Source of the DNA: Eubacteriales bacterium | Lineage (GTDB): Bacteria > Bacillota > Clostridia > Oscillospirales > CAG-272 | Direction of reading: 5' to 3' | Assembly (NCBI GenBank): GCA_045605175.1 | Contig: JAZUPL010000035.1 | Span: 1 to 63,600 of the forward strand | DNA length: 63,600 bases | Shown here: piece by piece, positions 35,692 through 47,178 of the stretch | Layout: the number at the start of each line of letters is the position of its first letter | Position numbering within the stretch: the stretch's first letter is position 1 | Translations under genes and position numbers: made by a program | The notes under the pieces: generated by a model | Told to the model about the DNA's origin: nothing | What the model saw: the letters and a program-made list of their open reading frames with translations, nothing else | The model's database searches: none

Positions 35692-36972
35692 ATGACAAAA
35701 TATACAGAACTCTCCCAAAGCGAGCGCGAGTCGCTATACAACCAATTGCTTTCCGAATATGAATCCTATTGCAACATGGGGCTGTCCCTTGACCTCTCAA
35801 GAGGAAAACCCAACGCCGAACTGCTCGATTTTAGCAACGGTTTGCTTAACGAGGATATTAGTGAGTTTACGAGGAACGAGTCGGGAAGCGTAGATTACAG
35901 AAACTACGGTCTGCTTGACGGTATTCCAAAAATGAAGGAACTTTTTTCCGAGGTGCTCGGACTTAAAAAAGAGGATATAATAGTAGGAGGCAACTCCTCG
36001 CTTCAACTTATGCACGATACGCTTGTTCGTGCTATGCTATTTGGTCTTTACGGCTCGGTTCGCCCTTGGTCACGGGAGGAGGGCTTGAAGTGGATATGCG
36101 TCTGCCCCGGATATGACAGACACTTCAAGATTACCGAGGTGTTGGGTTTTGAACTTCTTACTGTAAATATGACGCCTGACGGCCCTGATATGGACGAGGT
36201 CGAACGCCTGGTTGCCGATCCGAAGGTAAAGGGTATTTGGTGCGTGCCAAAGTATTCTAACCCGACAGGCAACACCTATTCGGTAGAAACCGTTCGCCGA
36301 CTTGCATCAATGAAGTGCGCTGCCCCCGATTTTTGCATTATGTGGGACAACGCCTATGCAATTCATGACCTTGACGGGGAGGGGGATACCCTGCTTGACA
36401 TATTTGCCGAGGCAGAGAAGTGTGGCACAAAGGACAGGATATTCTACTTCTCCTCCACCTCCAAGGTGACCTTCCCGGGCGCAGGTGTGGCTCTTATGGC
36501 AATGAGTGAAAATAATCGCAAGCACACGCTTTCTTATCTTGGTGTGCAAACTATCGGCTTTGATAAGATAAATCAGATAAGACACCTTCGCTATTTTAGA
36601 AATGGCGAAAATATGCGCCGTCATATGCAAAAACTTGGCGGAGTCCTGAAGGAAAAGTTTGATATAACCCTCTCGGCGTTAGAGGAACTTAACGGTCTTG
36701 GAATTGCCGAGTGGACGAAGCCGAATGGAGGGTATTTCATCTCGCTTGATGTTATGCCCGGCACTGCAAAGCGAGTATTTGAACTTATGAAAGGGGCGGG
36801 AGTGACTCTTACACAGGTGGGAGCGACCTATCCCTATGGAATAGACCCCGAGGACAAGAATTTGCGCATAGCGCCTACCTATCCTAAAAACGAAGATCTT
36901 TCCTTGGCGGTGAAAATTCTTACTCTTGCAGTAAAACTTTCCGCACTTGAGAAATTGATTAGCGAAAAGTAA
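35692..36972 (+). CDS. PLP-dependent aminotransferase, class I/II fold
   Basis: About 426 aa with DNAY, the SSTSK (PLP lysine) motif and an R near the C-terminus. Start set at the ATG after GAGGT. Confidence 0.8.
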   Translation: MTKYTELSQSERESLYNQLLSEYESYCNMGLSLDLSRGKPNAELLDFSNGLLNEDISEFTRNESGSVDYRNYGLLDGIPKMKELFSEVLGLKKEDIIVGGNSSLQLMHDTLVRAMLFGLYGSVRPWSREEGLKWICVCPGYDRHFKITEVLGFELLTVNMTPDGPDMDEVERLVADPKVKGIWCVPKYSNPTGNTYSVETVRRLASMKCAAPDFCIMWDNAYAIHDLDGEGDTLLDIFAEAEKCGTKDRIFYFSSTSKVTFPGAGVALMAMSENNRKHTLSYLGVQTIGFDKINQIRHLRYFRNGENMRRHMQKLGGVLKEKFDITLSALEELNGLGIAEWTKPNGGYFISLDVMPGTAKRVFELMKGAGVTLTQVGATYPYGIDPEDKNLRIAPTYPKNEDLSLAVKILTLAVKLSALEKLISEK

Positions 36973-37042
36973 AAGGAAACCTTTTAGTTTTAAAAATCAT
37001 AACCAATACAAGATGCGGTGTATTTTTGATAAAAGATAAAAC

Positions 37043-37269
37043 AAGGGGCTCGCTTGATTTAGAGCAGAAATCGTCGGCTGACGAGCGATAGCCGTACAAA
37101 AGTACGGCGAGCGAGGAAACGGCGATAGAATAAAAACACCATTAAATGAAGAAAACCGGTGGTTTTCAAGCTTAATTTTCTTCAAAATTGTAAAAAACAC
37201 AACCGAGGTGCTGCGTAATACAACACCTCGGTGTTTTTATTCGGTTATGCCTAAATGAAGCAGCCCCTT
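37043..37269. repeat. Full-length copy 2 of the repeated element (227 bp) with terminal inverted repeats and internal hairpins/terminators
   Basis: 37117-37269 matches 1-153 (4 mismatches). Ends aaggggctcgctt (37043-37055) and gaagcagcccctt (37257-37269) are inverted repeats. Internal hairpins: tcgtc/gacga, gccgtac/gtacggc, cacc/ggtg, ccgaggtg/cacctcgg. Confidence 0.8.
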
Positions 37270-37291
37270 CTATGTAATACAGGTGTGAAGA

Positions 37292-38170
37292 TTAGATTTG
37301 ATTATCCCTGAAGCCCTTGCCCATTATCTCGCTCGTTTTGGTGATGATAATAAAGGCGCTTGGGTCTATTTCTTTCACCTTTTTGCGTAGGCGAAGCGAT
37401 TCAAGTCTTTTGCACACGGTAATAATAACCTGCTTTTCTTCACCTGTATAAACGCCCTCTGCTTTGTAAATGGTAGCGCCGTGGTGCATCTCTTTTATGA
37501 TAAATTCCTCTATTTCCTTGGGCTTTGTGGTTATAATGGTAAACGCCTTGCACATATTGATAGAGTCGAGAATATCGTCAATGACGAAGGTCTTAGCAAA
37601 CAGACCGAGCAGGGCAAAAAGCCCTGTTTGAATGTTGAAAATAAAGAAGGTGGATAATGCTATTAGAAAATCGCTGGCAAGAAGGGCAGAGCCTACGTTC
37701 ATATTAGTGAATTTTCTTAAAATAAGCGCCACAATATCCGTCCCACCGGAGGAGGCATTTTGCTTGAACAAAAGAGCCGAGCCAATGCCTGTCAAGAGTA
37801 TGGCATAAACAAGTTCCAAAAGCGGATAACTCGTCAGTGTGCCGTCAAGAGGAATAATAAACTCAAAGAGCATATTCTCAAGCGACAAAGCCAGCGAGCA
37901 ATAGCAGGTCATAAAACCGCACTCCTTACCAAGTATAAGCACGCCGAGAATGAGCAGAATAAAGTTTATTCCGAGCAGATACATTGACTGTGTAATGCCG
38001 AAAGTGGTACTAAATGGTAACTGAGCAAGTATAATGGATAAACCGCTGACACCGCCTGTGGCAAAGCCATTGGGAGATTTGAAAAAGTAAATCCCAACAG
38101 AAAGCATAAGTATTCCAAGGTTGATAATAAGGAAGGATATAATTCGTTCTTTTACACTTTTGTTAGACAT
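37292..38170 (-). CDS. YitT-family membrane protein (DUF2179 C-terminal domain)
   Basis: Polytopic N-terminal part plus a C-terminal DUF2179-like soluble domain. Start set at MSNKS behind AAGGAG. Confidence 0.8.
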   Translation of the reverse strand: MSNKSVKERIISFLIINLGILMLSVGIYFFKSPNGFATGGVSGLSIILAQLPFSTTFGITQSMYLLGINFILLILGVLILGKECGFMTCYCSLALSLENMLFEFIIPLDGTLTSYPLLELVYAILLTGIGSALLFKQNASSGGTDIVALILRKFTNMNVGSALLASDFLIALSTFFIFNIQTGLFALLGLFAKTFVIDDILDSINMCKAFTIITTKPKEIEEFIIKEMHHGATIYKAEGVYTGEEKQVIITVCKRLESLRLRKKVKEIDPSAFIIITKTSEIMGKGFRDNQI

Positions 38171-38320
38171 TTTATTCTCCTTGACAATAGTCAATATTAA
38201 TTATAATCCAATTTTAAGGGAAGTCAAGAAGTATTCAAGTTTTTCTTTTTTGTTTTCTTTCAATTGACAAAACGAGATAAAAATGGTAAAATATATATAA
38301 CAAGTAATACGCAGTAATGA

Positions 38321-40348
<2,028 letters not shown>

Positions 40349-40436
40349 AACTACCCCCTTAATAATTTAACACGGGTGCCCGTTAACCTTGAGATGCAAG
40401 TTCTGTCTTCTTCGGATAGGATTTGAATTGTATAGT

Positions 40437-40470
40437 AAAAAGAGCCAAGTTTTTTGCTTGGCTCTTTTGT
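40437..40470. terminator. Bidirectional terminator
   Basis: 9-bp stem agagccaag/cttggctct, flanked by aaaa upstream and tttt downstream. Confidence 0.8.
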
Positions 40471-40499
40471 TGTTTGTGTGAAAATGTAAAGCATAATTG

Positions 40500-41348
40500 T
40501 CAAATATTAGGCATTTTTGAAATCAAAGTCACTTCTTCGCCTGTGGTGGGGTGGGTGAATGTTATCTCTTTACAGTGCAAGAAATAGGGCTTGTCCCCCT
40601 CTTGTTCACCATATAAAAAGTCGTTTACTAATGGGTGTCCTATATAAGACATGTGAACTCTTATTTGGTGCGTTCTTCCCGTGTGCAGGATGACTTTCAC
40701 AAGCGAGGTGCCGTCTTCAAAAACTTGTACTCTTTTATACTCGGTTATACTCCTCTTTCCGTCCTCCCTGACAACCCTTATGAGTGAGTCGGGGCTTTGC
40801 CTCGCTATCGGAGCGTCTATTATACCGTCTTCCTCTGGCACACCCACAACACGAGCAAAGTAAATTTTCTTAAAGTGGTTTTCTGCCATTTGTCGGCAAA
40901 GACGAATAGCGCTTAATTGGTTTTTCGCCACAATAACAATTCCCGAGGTGTCCCTGTCAAGACGGTTTACCGACCTAAAAACAAATGGCCTGTTAAGATA
41001 GTGGCGAAGTCCGTTTGCAAGTGTGGGCAGGTGATTTCCTCGACAGGGGTGGACGGGCATATTTATTGGCTTATTTATGGCTATAATGTCCTCGTCCTCG
41101 TATATTATGTCGAGGGGCATTTCAATGGGTGGGATGTTTTCGCTTTCTTCGGTAGGGAAAATAATCTTTATTTCATCGCCGTTTTCAACCATAGCACGCA
41201 TATGCACAGCCTTACCGTTTAATAACACGTTGTCATACTTCACCTTTGCTATTAGTGCGGTGGAAAAGCCTAATTTGTTTTTTAGGTAATCGCGTATCTT
41301 TATTGGATGGCTTAATCCCTCTACTATTTCTGTATATTCCTTGCTCAT
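40500..41348 (-). CDS. RluA/RluD-family pseudouridine synthase with N-terminal S4 domain
   Basis: S4-like N-terminus. NRLDRDTSGIVIVAK catalytic Asp motif and GRTHQIRVHM. Confidence 0.9.
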   Translation of the reverse strand: MSKEYTEIVEGLSHPIKIRDYLKNKLGFSTALIAKVKYDNVLLNGKAVHMRAMVENGDEIKIIFPTEESENIPPIEMPLDIIYEDEDIIAINKPINMPVHPCRGNHLPTLANGLRHYLNRPFVFRSVNRLDRDTSGIVIVAKNQLSAIRLCRQMAENHFKKIYFARVVGVPEEDGIIDAPIARQSPDSLIRVVREDGKRSITEYKRVQVFEDGTSLVKVILHTGRTHQIRVHMSYIGHPLVNDFLYGEQEGDKPYFLHCKEITFTHPTTGEEVTLISKMPNI

Positions 41349-41490
41349 ATTAATCCTATGTAGTTTTTTAATAGTATAGCAAAGTTGAGTTTGAATGTCA
41401 AGAAAAGCGGATTTATTTTTCTTTTGGGTTGAAATTATACAATTTTTATTGTATAATTAGAAGAAAAGAAACCCAAAGGGAGGGTAAGAG

Positions 41491-42279
41491 ATGAAATATG
41501 GAATGCCTACGCTCGTTGAGTGCGAGGATATTGTAGCCTGTGTCACTCTGGCGAGGGAACTTGGGCTTGATTTTGTAGAGATAAACACAAGTTTCCCACA
41601 GTATCAGACCGAGGTGTTGGACGTAGAAATGCTACGCCGTCTTGCAAAAGACAATAATATATTCTACACTATTCATGCCGACGAGGGGCTTAACCCCTTT
41701 GATTTTAACAAGTCGGTTTCCGAGTGCTATTTTAACGAGATGAAGAAGCATATTCGCTTCGCCCTCTCTATCGATGCGCCCGTAATAAATATGCACCTGA
41801 TGAAGGGAGTGTATGTTACCCTGCCTGGCAAGGTGATTTTGTTAAACGACGTCTATCGGGAGCAGTATCTTGAGAGAGTCAGGGCGTTTATCCGTCTTTG
41901 CGAGGATGAGATAGGGGATAAGAGCCTTAAAATCGCCATTGAAAACGTGGACTCAAATCCCTTCACCGAGTCGCAGAGAGAGGCGCTTAAACTCTTTATG
42001 GCAAGCCCTGTTTTCTTCCTCACCCTTGACACAGGGCATGATGAATGTCTTGGTGGGGCTGACAGAGATGTTTTCGAGCGGTATGGAGAGAGGCTTGTTC
42101 ATTTACACCTGCACGATAGCGACGGCAAAAGTGCCCATCTTCCACTTGGCAAGGGGAGAATTGACATCGGCGAGAAACTTGCTCTTTTGTCGGGGGACAA
42201 AACCGTCTTGCTTGAAGTCAAGACTATTGAGGGACTTAAAGTGAGTGTAAACTATTTAATTAACTGTGATAGGAGATAA
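41491..42279 (+). CDS. Sugar phosphate isomerase/epimerase (xylose isomerase-like TIM barrel)
   Basis: AP endonuclease 2 / TIM-barrel pattern (IENV..., DTGH, HLHLHD). Confidence 0.75.
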   Translation: MKYGMPTLVECEDIVACVTLARELGLDFVEINTSFPQYQTEVLDVEMLRRLAKDNNIFYTIHADEGLNPFDFNKSVSECYFNEMKKHIRFALSIDAPVINMHLMKGVYVTLPGKVILLNDVYREQYLERVRAFIRLCEDEIGDKSLKIAIENVDSNPFTESQREALKLFMASPVFFLTLDTGHDECLGGADRDVFERYGERLVHLHLHDSDGKSAHLPLGKGRIDIGEKLALLSGDKTVLLEVKTIEGLKVSVNYLINCDRR

Positions 42280-42281
42280 CT

Positions 42282-42878
42282 ATGAGCAACAAGGATAGAT
42301 TTATTGAGATTTTCAAGAGTAAAATCAAAAGGGAAGGGGCAGAGCAGTTGCTCGAATACCTCCTCTCTCCCGCCTCGGACTTTTTTGTAGCACCCGCAAG
42401 TTCGAGATTCCATTCCTCCTACGAGGGCGGACTTCTTGACCACTCGCTAAATGTTTATGATTGCCTCGTTTCCTACCTCGCCTCGGACAGAGCAAAGCAG
42501 TTAGGCTTTAACTACTCGGAGGAGAGTGTGGCTATCGTGGCACTTCTGCACGACCTTTGCAAGGTTGGAATTTATAAAAAAGGCTTCAGAAATGTCAAGG
42601 ATGAAAAGGGCGTATGGCAGAGGGTTGACACCTTTGAATATGATGACCAACTACCCTACGGACACGGCGAAAAGAGCGTCTATATCATATCAGGCTTTAT
42701 GAGGCTCACCCGTGAGGAGGCGTTTGCTATAAGATATCATATGGGATATTCCTCCACCGAGGACGCAAGAAACGTATCACTTGCCTTTGAGATGTTCCCC
42801 TTGGCATTTGCAGTACACGTAGCCGACAGCGAGGCGACCTATTACCTCGAATCGGATAAATACAAGGGGAAGAATTGA
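42282..42878 (+). CDS. HD-domain phosphohydrolase
   Basis: H...HD (ALLHDLCK) and the downstream H/D residues of the HD superfamily. Confidence 0.75.
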   Translation: MSNKDRFIEIFKSKIKREGAEQLLEYLLSPASDFFVAPASSRFHSSYEGGLLDHSLNVYDCLVSYLASDRAKQLGFNYSEESVAIVALLHDLCKVGIYKKGFRNVKDEKGVWQRVDTFEYDDQLPYGHGEKSVYIISGFMRLTREEAFAIRYHMGYSSTEDARNVSLAFEMFPLAFAVHVADSEATYYLESDKYKGKN

Positions 42879-42987
42879 AAGTTGAAAATTGAAAATTGAA
42901 AGTGATTATTCAATTGAAAGTTGAAAATTGAAAGTTGAAAGTGATTATTCAATTAAAAATGGAAAATTGAAAGTTGAAAATGAATAG
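42875..42987 (+). repeat. Tandem repeat, 39-bp unit x about 2.9, built from TTGAAAR heptamers
   Basis: Units at 42875-42913, 42914-42952 (1 mismatch) and a degenerate unit at 42953-42987. Starts at the HD gene stop codon. Confidence 0.85.
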
Positions 42988-43078
42988 AAGAATAGAGTTT
43001 GCTTATTTTTGATAACTGACAATTGAAAATCAAGTTTTTAGCAAGAGATTATTCACTAACATTTTACTCATAAAAAAT

Positions 43079-43117
43079 AACACGGTAGCGACGAAGTGTC
43101 TAACTACCGTGTTTTTT
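43079..43117. terminator. Bidirectional terminator (HD gene / hydA)
   Basis: aacacggtag/ctaccgtgtt stem, with an A-run upstream and a T-run downstream. Confidence 0.8.
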
Positions 43118-43147
43118 CTTATTTATTGCTTTTGGAAAGCGATATAA

Positions 43148-44899
43148 TTAAATATCAAACTTCTTTCTTGCAACGTAAGAAGTGTGGAGAATATGGTGAG
43201 CCGCGTGGCAACCATAACCACCCTTGAAGTAATTGTCATAAACCTCTTTGATAACAGGGTTGAGGTGAGATTTACGGAGAGTGGAAGCCTCGTCCTGAGC
43301 ATAGAGAGCCTGCGCTCTTACTGCCTTGAGATCAACCGTATCTCTTACCGACTGGGGCTGGATAGGCTGACCGCCACCGTTTACACAACCGCCGGGGCAA
43401 CCCATAATCTCAACGAATGTCCAGTCTGCCTCGCCGCTTGCAATCTTGTCCATAACGAGTTTGGCATTTGCCGCACCGGAAGCAACAGCAACCTTAATCT
43501 CGATACCTGCAATGTTGTAGGTAGCCTCTTTAAGACCCTCGGTTCCTCTTACCTCGTGGAACTCAACGCTCTCGTTATCCTTGCCGGTGAGAACGTCGTT
43601 AGCGGTACGAAGAGCAGCCTCCATAACGCCACCGGTAGCACCGAAGATAACCGCAGCACCCGTATCGATGCCAAGAGGATTATCGAATTCCTCGTCAGGA
43701 AGAGTGGTGAACTTAATACCTGCACGCTGAATCATTCTTGCAAGTTCGCGAGTGGTAATAGCAACATCAACGTCAACGATGCCGTCACCTGCTGCACACA
43801 TATCATCTCTCTGTACCTCAAACTTCTTAGCAGTACAGGGCATAACCGATACTACGAAGATATCCTTAGGATCATAGCCCATCTTTTCTGCCCAGTAGGT
43901 CTTGATAAGAGCGCCGGACATCTGCTGGGGAGATTTACAGGTGGAGAGGTGGTCGATGAAGTTGGGGTAGTAATACTCACAGAACTTAACCCAACCGGGT
44001 GAGCAGGAGGTAATCATAGGAAGAACGCCGCCGTTCTTAACTCTGTCAAGAAGTTCGGTAGCCTCCTCAACTATGGTGAAGTCTGCTGCGTTGTCGGTGT
44101 CGAATACCTGCTCGAAGCCAAGGCGACGGAGAGCAGCAACCATCTTGCCCTCAACGTTAGTTCCGATAGGCATACCGAAGCACTCGCCAAGAGTCGCTCT
44201 GATAGAGGGAGCGGTCTGTACGATAACGTGCTTTGTACCGTCGCAAAGAGCGTCCCAAACCTTGTCGGTGTCGTCCTTTTCTACAAGAGCACCGGTGGGG
44301 CAAACAGCGGTACACTGACCGCAGGAGATACAGGGGGTTTCACCGTGGGACATATTGAAGGGTTGTCCTATGCAGGTGTCAATACCACGGTTGTTTGCGC
44401 CGATAACCGATACATACTGCTCGTTACATACTGCAACACATCTACGGCAGAGGATACACTTGTTGTTATCTCTTACGAGGTGGGGGGTAGAGCAGTCAAG
44501 CTCGTATTCGGGCTTGAAGCCGTCAAATGCCTTAGAATCTACACCGTACTCAAGGCAGAGTTTCTGCAACTCGCAGTTTGTAGAGCGAGCGCAGGACAGA
44601 CAGTTTTTGTCGTGGGTGGAGAGAATAAGTTCGAGAGTGGTCTTGCGAGCGTCCATAACCTTCTGTGTGTTGGTCTTAATCTCCATACCCTCGGTAACAG
44701 GATATACGCAAGCGGTAACAAGGCCTCTTGCACCGGTAGCCTCAACAACGCAGATACGGCAAGCACCTATCTCGTTTTTCTCCTTCATAAAGCAGAGGGT
44801 AGGGATTTCTACGCCTGCTGCGCGTGCTGCTTCAAGAATAGTAGCACCTTTAGGTACGCTTACAGCGATACCGTTAACTTTTACATTTAACATTTCCAT
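43148..44899 (-). CDS. hydA: [FeFe]-hydrogenase catalytic subunit HydA (2Fe-2S + His-ligated 4Fe-4S + 2x4Fe-4S + H-domain)
   Basis: H-cluster motifs TSCSPGW, MPCTAKKFE and EIMGCPGGCVNGGGQP. Start set at MEMLNV, 8 nt after AAAGGAG. Confidence 0.93.
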   Translation of the reverse strand: MEMLNVKVNGIAVSVPKGATILEAARAAGVEIPTLCFMKEKNEIGACRICVVEATGARGLVTACVYPVTEGMEIKTNTQKVMDARKTTLELILSTHDKNCLSCARSTNCELQKLCLEYGVDSKAFDGFKPEYELDCSTPHLVRDNNKCILCRRCVAVCNEQYVSVIGANNRGIDTCIGQPFNMSHGETPCISCGQCTAVCPTGALVEKDDTDKVWDALCDGTKHVIVQTAPSIRATLGECFGMPIGTNVEGKMVAALRRLGFEQVFDTDNAADFTIVEEATELLDRVKNGGVLPMITSCSPGWVKFCEYYYPNFIDHLSTCKSPQQMSGALIKTYWAEKMGYDPKDIFVVSVMPCTAKKFEVQRDDMCAAGDGIVDVDVAITTRELARMIQRAGIKFTTLPDEEFDNPLGIDTGAAVIFGATGGVMEAALRTANDVLTGKDNESVEFHEVRGTEGLKEATYNIAGIEIKVAVASGAANAKLVMDKIASGEADWTFVEIMGCPGGCVNGGGQPIQPQSVRDTVDLKAVRAQALYAQDEASTLRKSHLNPVIKEVYDNYFKGGYGCHAAHHILHTSYVARKKFDI

Positions 44900-44916
44900 T
44901 TTCGGCACTCCTTTCA

Positions 44917-46743
44917 TTACTTCTTGGAAATAGCACCAAACTTACAACCTGCCATACAAGCACCACATTTGATACACTTAGCCGTATCAATAGCGTAAGA
45001 GGGCAGTTTGTGGCCGGGAGCAACATAGTCGGTCTTCTGGATAGCATCAACAGGGCAGTTCTTTGCACACTTGCCGCAACCGATACACTTATCCTGATCG
45101 ATGCTGAAGGAAAGCAAGCCCTTACATACACCTGCGGGACACTTCTTGTCAACTACGTGAGCGATATATTCCTCGCGGAAGAACTTAAGAGTTGCAAGAA
45201 CAGGGTTGGGAGCAGTCTGACCAAGACCACAGAGAGAATTCTGCTTTATGTAGTTGCAGAGATATTCAAGTCTGTCGATGTCCTCAAGAGTGCCCTTACC
45301 GTCGGTAATCTTCTCAAGAAGTTCAAGAAGTCTTCTTGTACCAACACGGCAGGGAGTACACTTACCACAGGACTCGTCAACGGTGAACTCAAGGAAGAAC
45401 TTAGCCATATCAACCATACAGGTGTCCTCGTCCATAACAATAAGACCACCCGAACCCATCATACAGCCGATAGAAACGAGGTTGTCGTAATCTACTTCGG
45501 TGTCGATAAGAGATGCAGGGATACAACCACCGGAAGGACCACCGGTCTGAGCCGCCTTGAAGGTCTTGCCGTTAGGAATACCGCCACCAATATCGTAGAT
45601 AATCTCACGAAGGGTAGTACCCATAGGAATCTCAACAAGACCGGTGTGCTCAATCTTACCACCGAGAGCGAATACCTTAGTACCCTTGGATCTCTCTGTA
45701 CCCATAGAGGTAAACCACTCTACACCGTTAAGAATAATCTGAGGAATGTTGGCAAAGGTTTCAACGTTGTTTTCAACGGTGGGCTTGCCATAAAGACCCT
45801 TAACTGCAGGATAGGGAGGACGGGGACGAGGCTCACCACGGTTGCCCTCGATAGAGGTCATAAGTGCGGTTTCCTCACCGCAAACGAAAGCACCCGCACC
45901 AAGACGAATGTCAAGGTTGAAGGAGAAGCCTGAGTCGAAGATGTTGTCACCAAGCAGACCGTATTCCTTAGCCTGGTTAATAGCATTCTGAAGTCTGGTA
46001 ACAGCGATGGGGTACTCTGCACGAACGTAAACATAACCCTGGGTAGCACCAATTGCATAACCGCAGATAGCCATAGCCTCGATTACACTGTGGGGGTCGC
46101 CCTCAAGAATAGAACGGTCCATAAATGCACCGGGGTCGCCCTCGTCGGCGTTACAAACAACATACTTCTGGTCCGCCTTGTTGGGAGCGGTAAGAGCCCA
46201 CTTACGGCCGGTGGGGAAGCCTCCGCCTCCTCTGCCACGAAGACCGGAATCGGTAATAACCTTGATAACATCTTCGGGAGTCATCTCGGTGAGAACCTTA
46301 CCAAGTGCGGCATAACCGTCCATAGCGATATACTCATCAATGTTATCAGGGTCGATAACACCGCAGTTACGAAGAACTATTCTCTTTTGGGACTTGTAGA
46401 AAGCGGTATCGTTAAGCGAAACCTCGGCCTTGGACTTGGCAGCCTCAACCTCTTCGCCGGTGTCGGCGTAAACGAGTCTTTCTACAACTCTACCCTTGAG
46501 CAGGTGCTCCTCAACGATTTCCTTAACGTCCTCGGGAGTTACACGGCTGTAAAAAGTGCCTTCGGGATAAATGATAACAACAGGGCCAAGAGCGCAAAGG
46601 CCAAAGCAACCGGTCTGAACGAGTTTTACTTCCTCGGAAAGACCATATGCTGCGATGTTCTCGTTGAACGCTTCCTGAACCGACTTACTGCCTGAAGAGG
46701 TACAGCCTGTACCGCCACAGACAAGAACATGTGAACGAATCAT
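44917..46743 (-). CDS. hydB: NADH-binding flavoprotein subunit HydB (NuoF-like, with N-terminal 2Fe-2S and C-terminal 2x4Fe-4S)
   Basis: GRGGGGFPTGRKW FMN/NADH motifs, SLCGLGQ (N3 cluster), and C-terminal CIGCGKC / CIKCGAC. Confidence 0.93.
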   Translation of the reverse strand: MIRSHVLVCGGTGCTSSGSKSVQEAFNENIAAYGLSEEVKLVQTGCFGLCALGPVVIIYPEGTFYSRVTPEDVKEIVEEHLLKGRVVERLVYADTGEEVEAAKSKAEVSLNDTAFYKSQKRIVLRNCGVIDPDNIDEYIAMDGYAALGKVLTEMTPEDVIKVITDSGLRGRGGGGFPTGRKWALTAPNKADQKYVVCNADEGDPGAFMDRSILEGDPHSVIEAMAICGYAIGATQGYVYVRAEYPIAVTRLQNAINQAKEYGLLGDNIFDSGFSFNLDIRLGAGAFVCGEETALMTSIEGNRGEPRPRPPYPAVKGLYGKPTVENNVETFANIPQIILNGVEWFTSMGTERSKGTKVFALGGKIEHTGLVEIPMGTTLREIIYDIGGGIPNGKTFKAAQTGGPSGGCIPASLIDTEVDYDNLVSIGCMMGSGGLIVMDEDTCMVDMAKFFLEFTVDESCGKCTPCRVGTRRLLELLEKITDGKGTLEDIDRLEYLCNYIKQNSLCGLGQTAPNPVLATLKFFREEYIAHVVDKKCPAGVCKGLLSFSIDQDKCIGCGKCAKNCPVDAIQKTDYVAPGHKLPSYAIDTAKCIKCGACMAGCKFGAISKK

Positions 46744-46758
46744 AACCTAACCTCCTAA

Positions 46759-47130
46759 TTAATAGTTGCTGTTTGAAACGGTGAATTCTTCTACGACATT
46801 TCCGCCCTTGAGGTGCTTTTCAACAACGGTAGCAACTCTCTCGGGAGTCATTTTGACATAGGTTGTCTTTACATTGCCTGCCTCATAAACCTCAACAATA
46901 GGCTCAAGTTGGCAAAGACCGATACAACCGGTCTGAGATACGGTAACCTTGTCAGCAAGATTGCCGTTGTTTACTTCCTCAACAAAAGCATTGAGGACGG
47001 GACGAGCACCTGCTGCAATACCGCAGGTTGCCATACCGACAACGACACGGATCTCACCGGTACCTTCACGAAGAATAACCTTATTCTTCATTCTTTCTTT
47101 GATTGCTTGCAATTCAGCCAAAGATTTCAT
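46759..47130 (-). CDS. Thioredoxin-like [2Fe-2S] ferredoxin (HndB-like)
   Basis: 123 aa with MATCGIAAG...CIGLC cysteines. Confidence 0.8.
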   Translation of the reverse strand: MKSLAELQAIKERMKNKVILREGTGEIRVVVGMATCGIAAGARPVLNAFVEEVNNGNLADKVTVSQTGCIGLCQLEPIVEVYEAGNVKTTYVKMTPERVATVVEKHLKGGNVVEEFTVSNSNY

Positions 47131-47178
47131 TTTTGATCATCCTTTCATAGTCAATCATTTTTATATTTTTGAATTTAA

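Noticed and set aside
37088-37110. Group II intron domain V-like hairpin (AGCCGUAC-AAAA-GUACGGC)
   Set aside because: It has only an 8-bp uninterrupted stem, no 2-nt bulge, no GNRA loop and no flanking intron domains or IEP ORF.
37075-37120. Hammerhead-ribozyme-like words CUGACGA ... GAAAC inside the repeated element
   Set aside because: The residue before GAAA is G, not the required C. The sequence after CUGACGA does not form a stem II closed by G-C. No stem I/III partners or cleavage-site context are present.
42875-42987. CRISPR-like appearance of the repeated TTGAAA words
   Set aside because: The units are contiguous with no unique spacers, the period is 39 bp with internal heptamers, and there are no cas genes. 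It is a simple tandem repeat.
43184-46695. Long plus-strand ORFs (272, 220, 192, 307 and 201 aa) antisense to hydA/hydB
   Set aside because: They are shadow ORFs, produced by strong codon bias in the highly expressed hydrogenase genes. They have low-complexity composition, no RBS, and the sense-strand homology is unambiguous.
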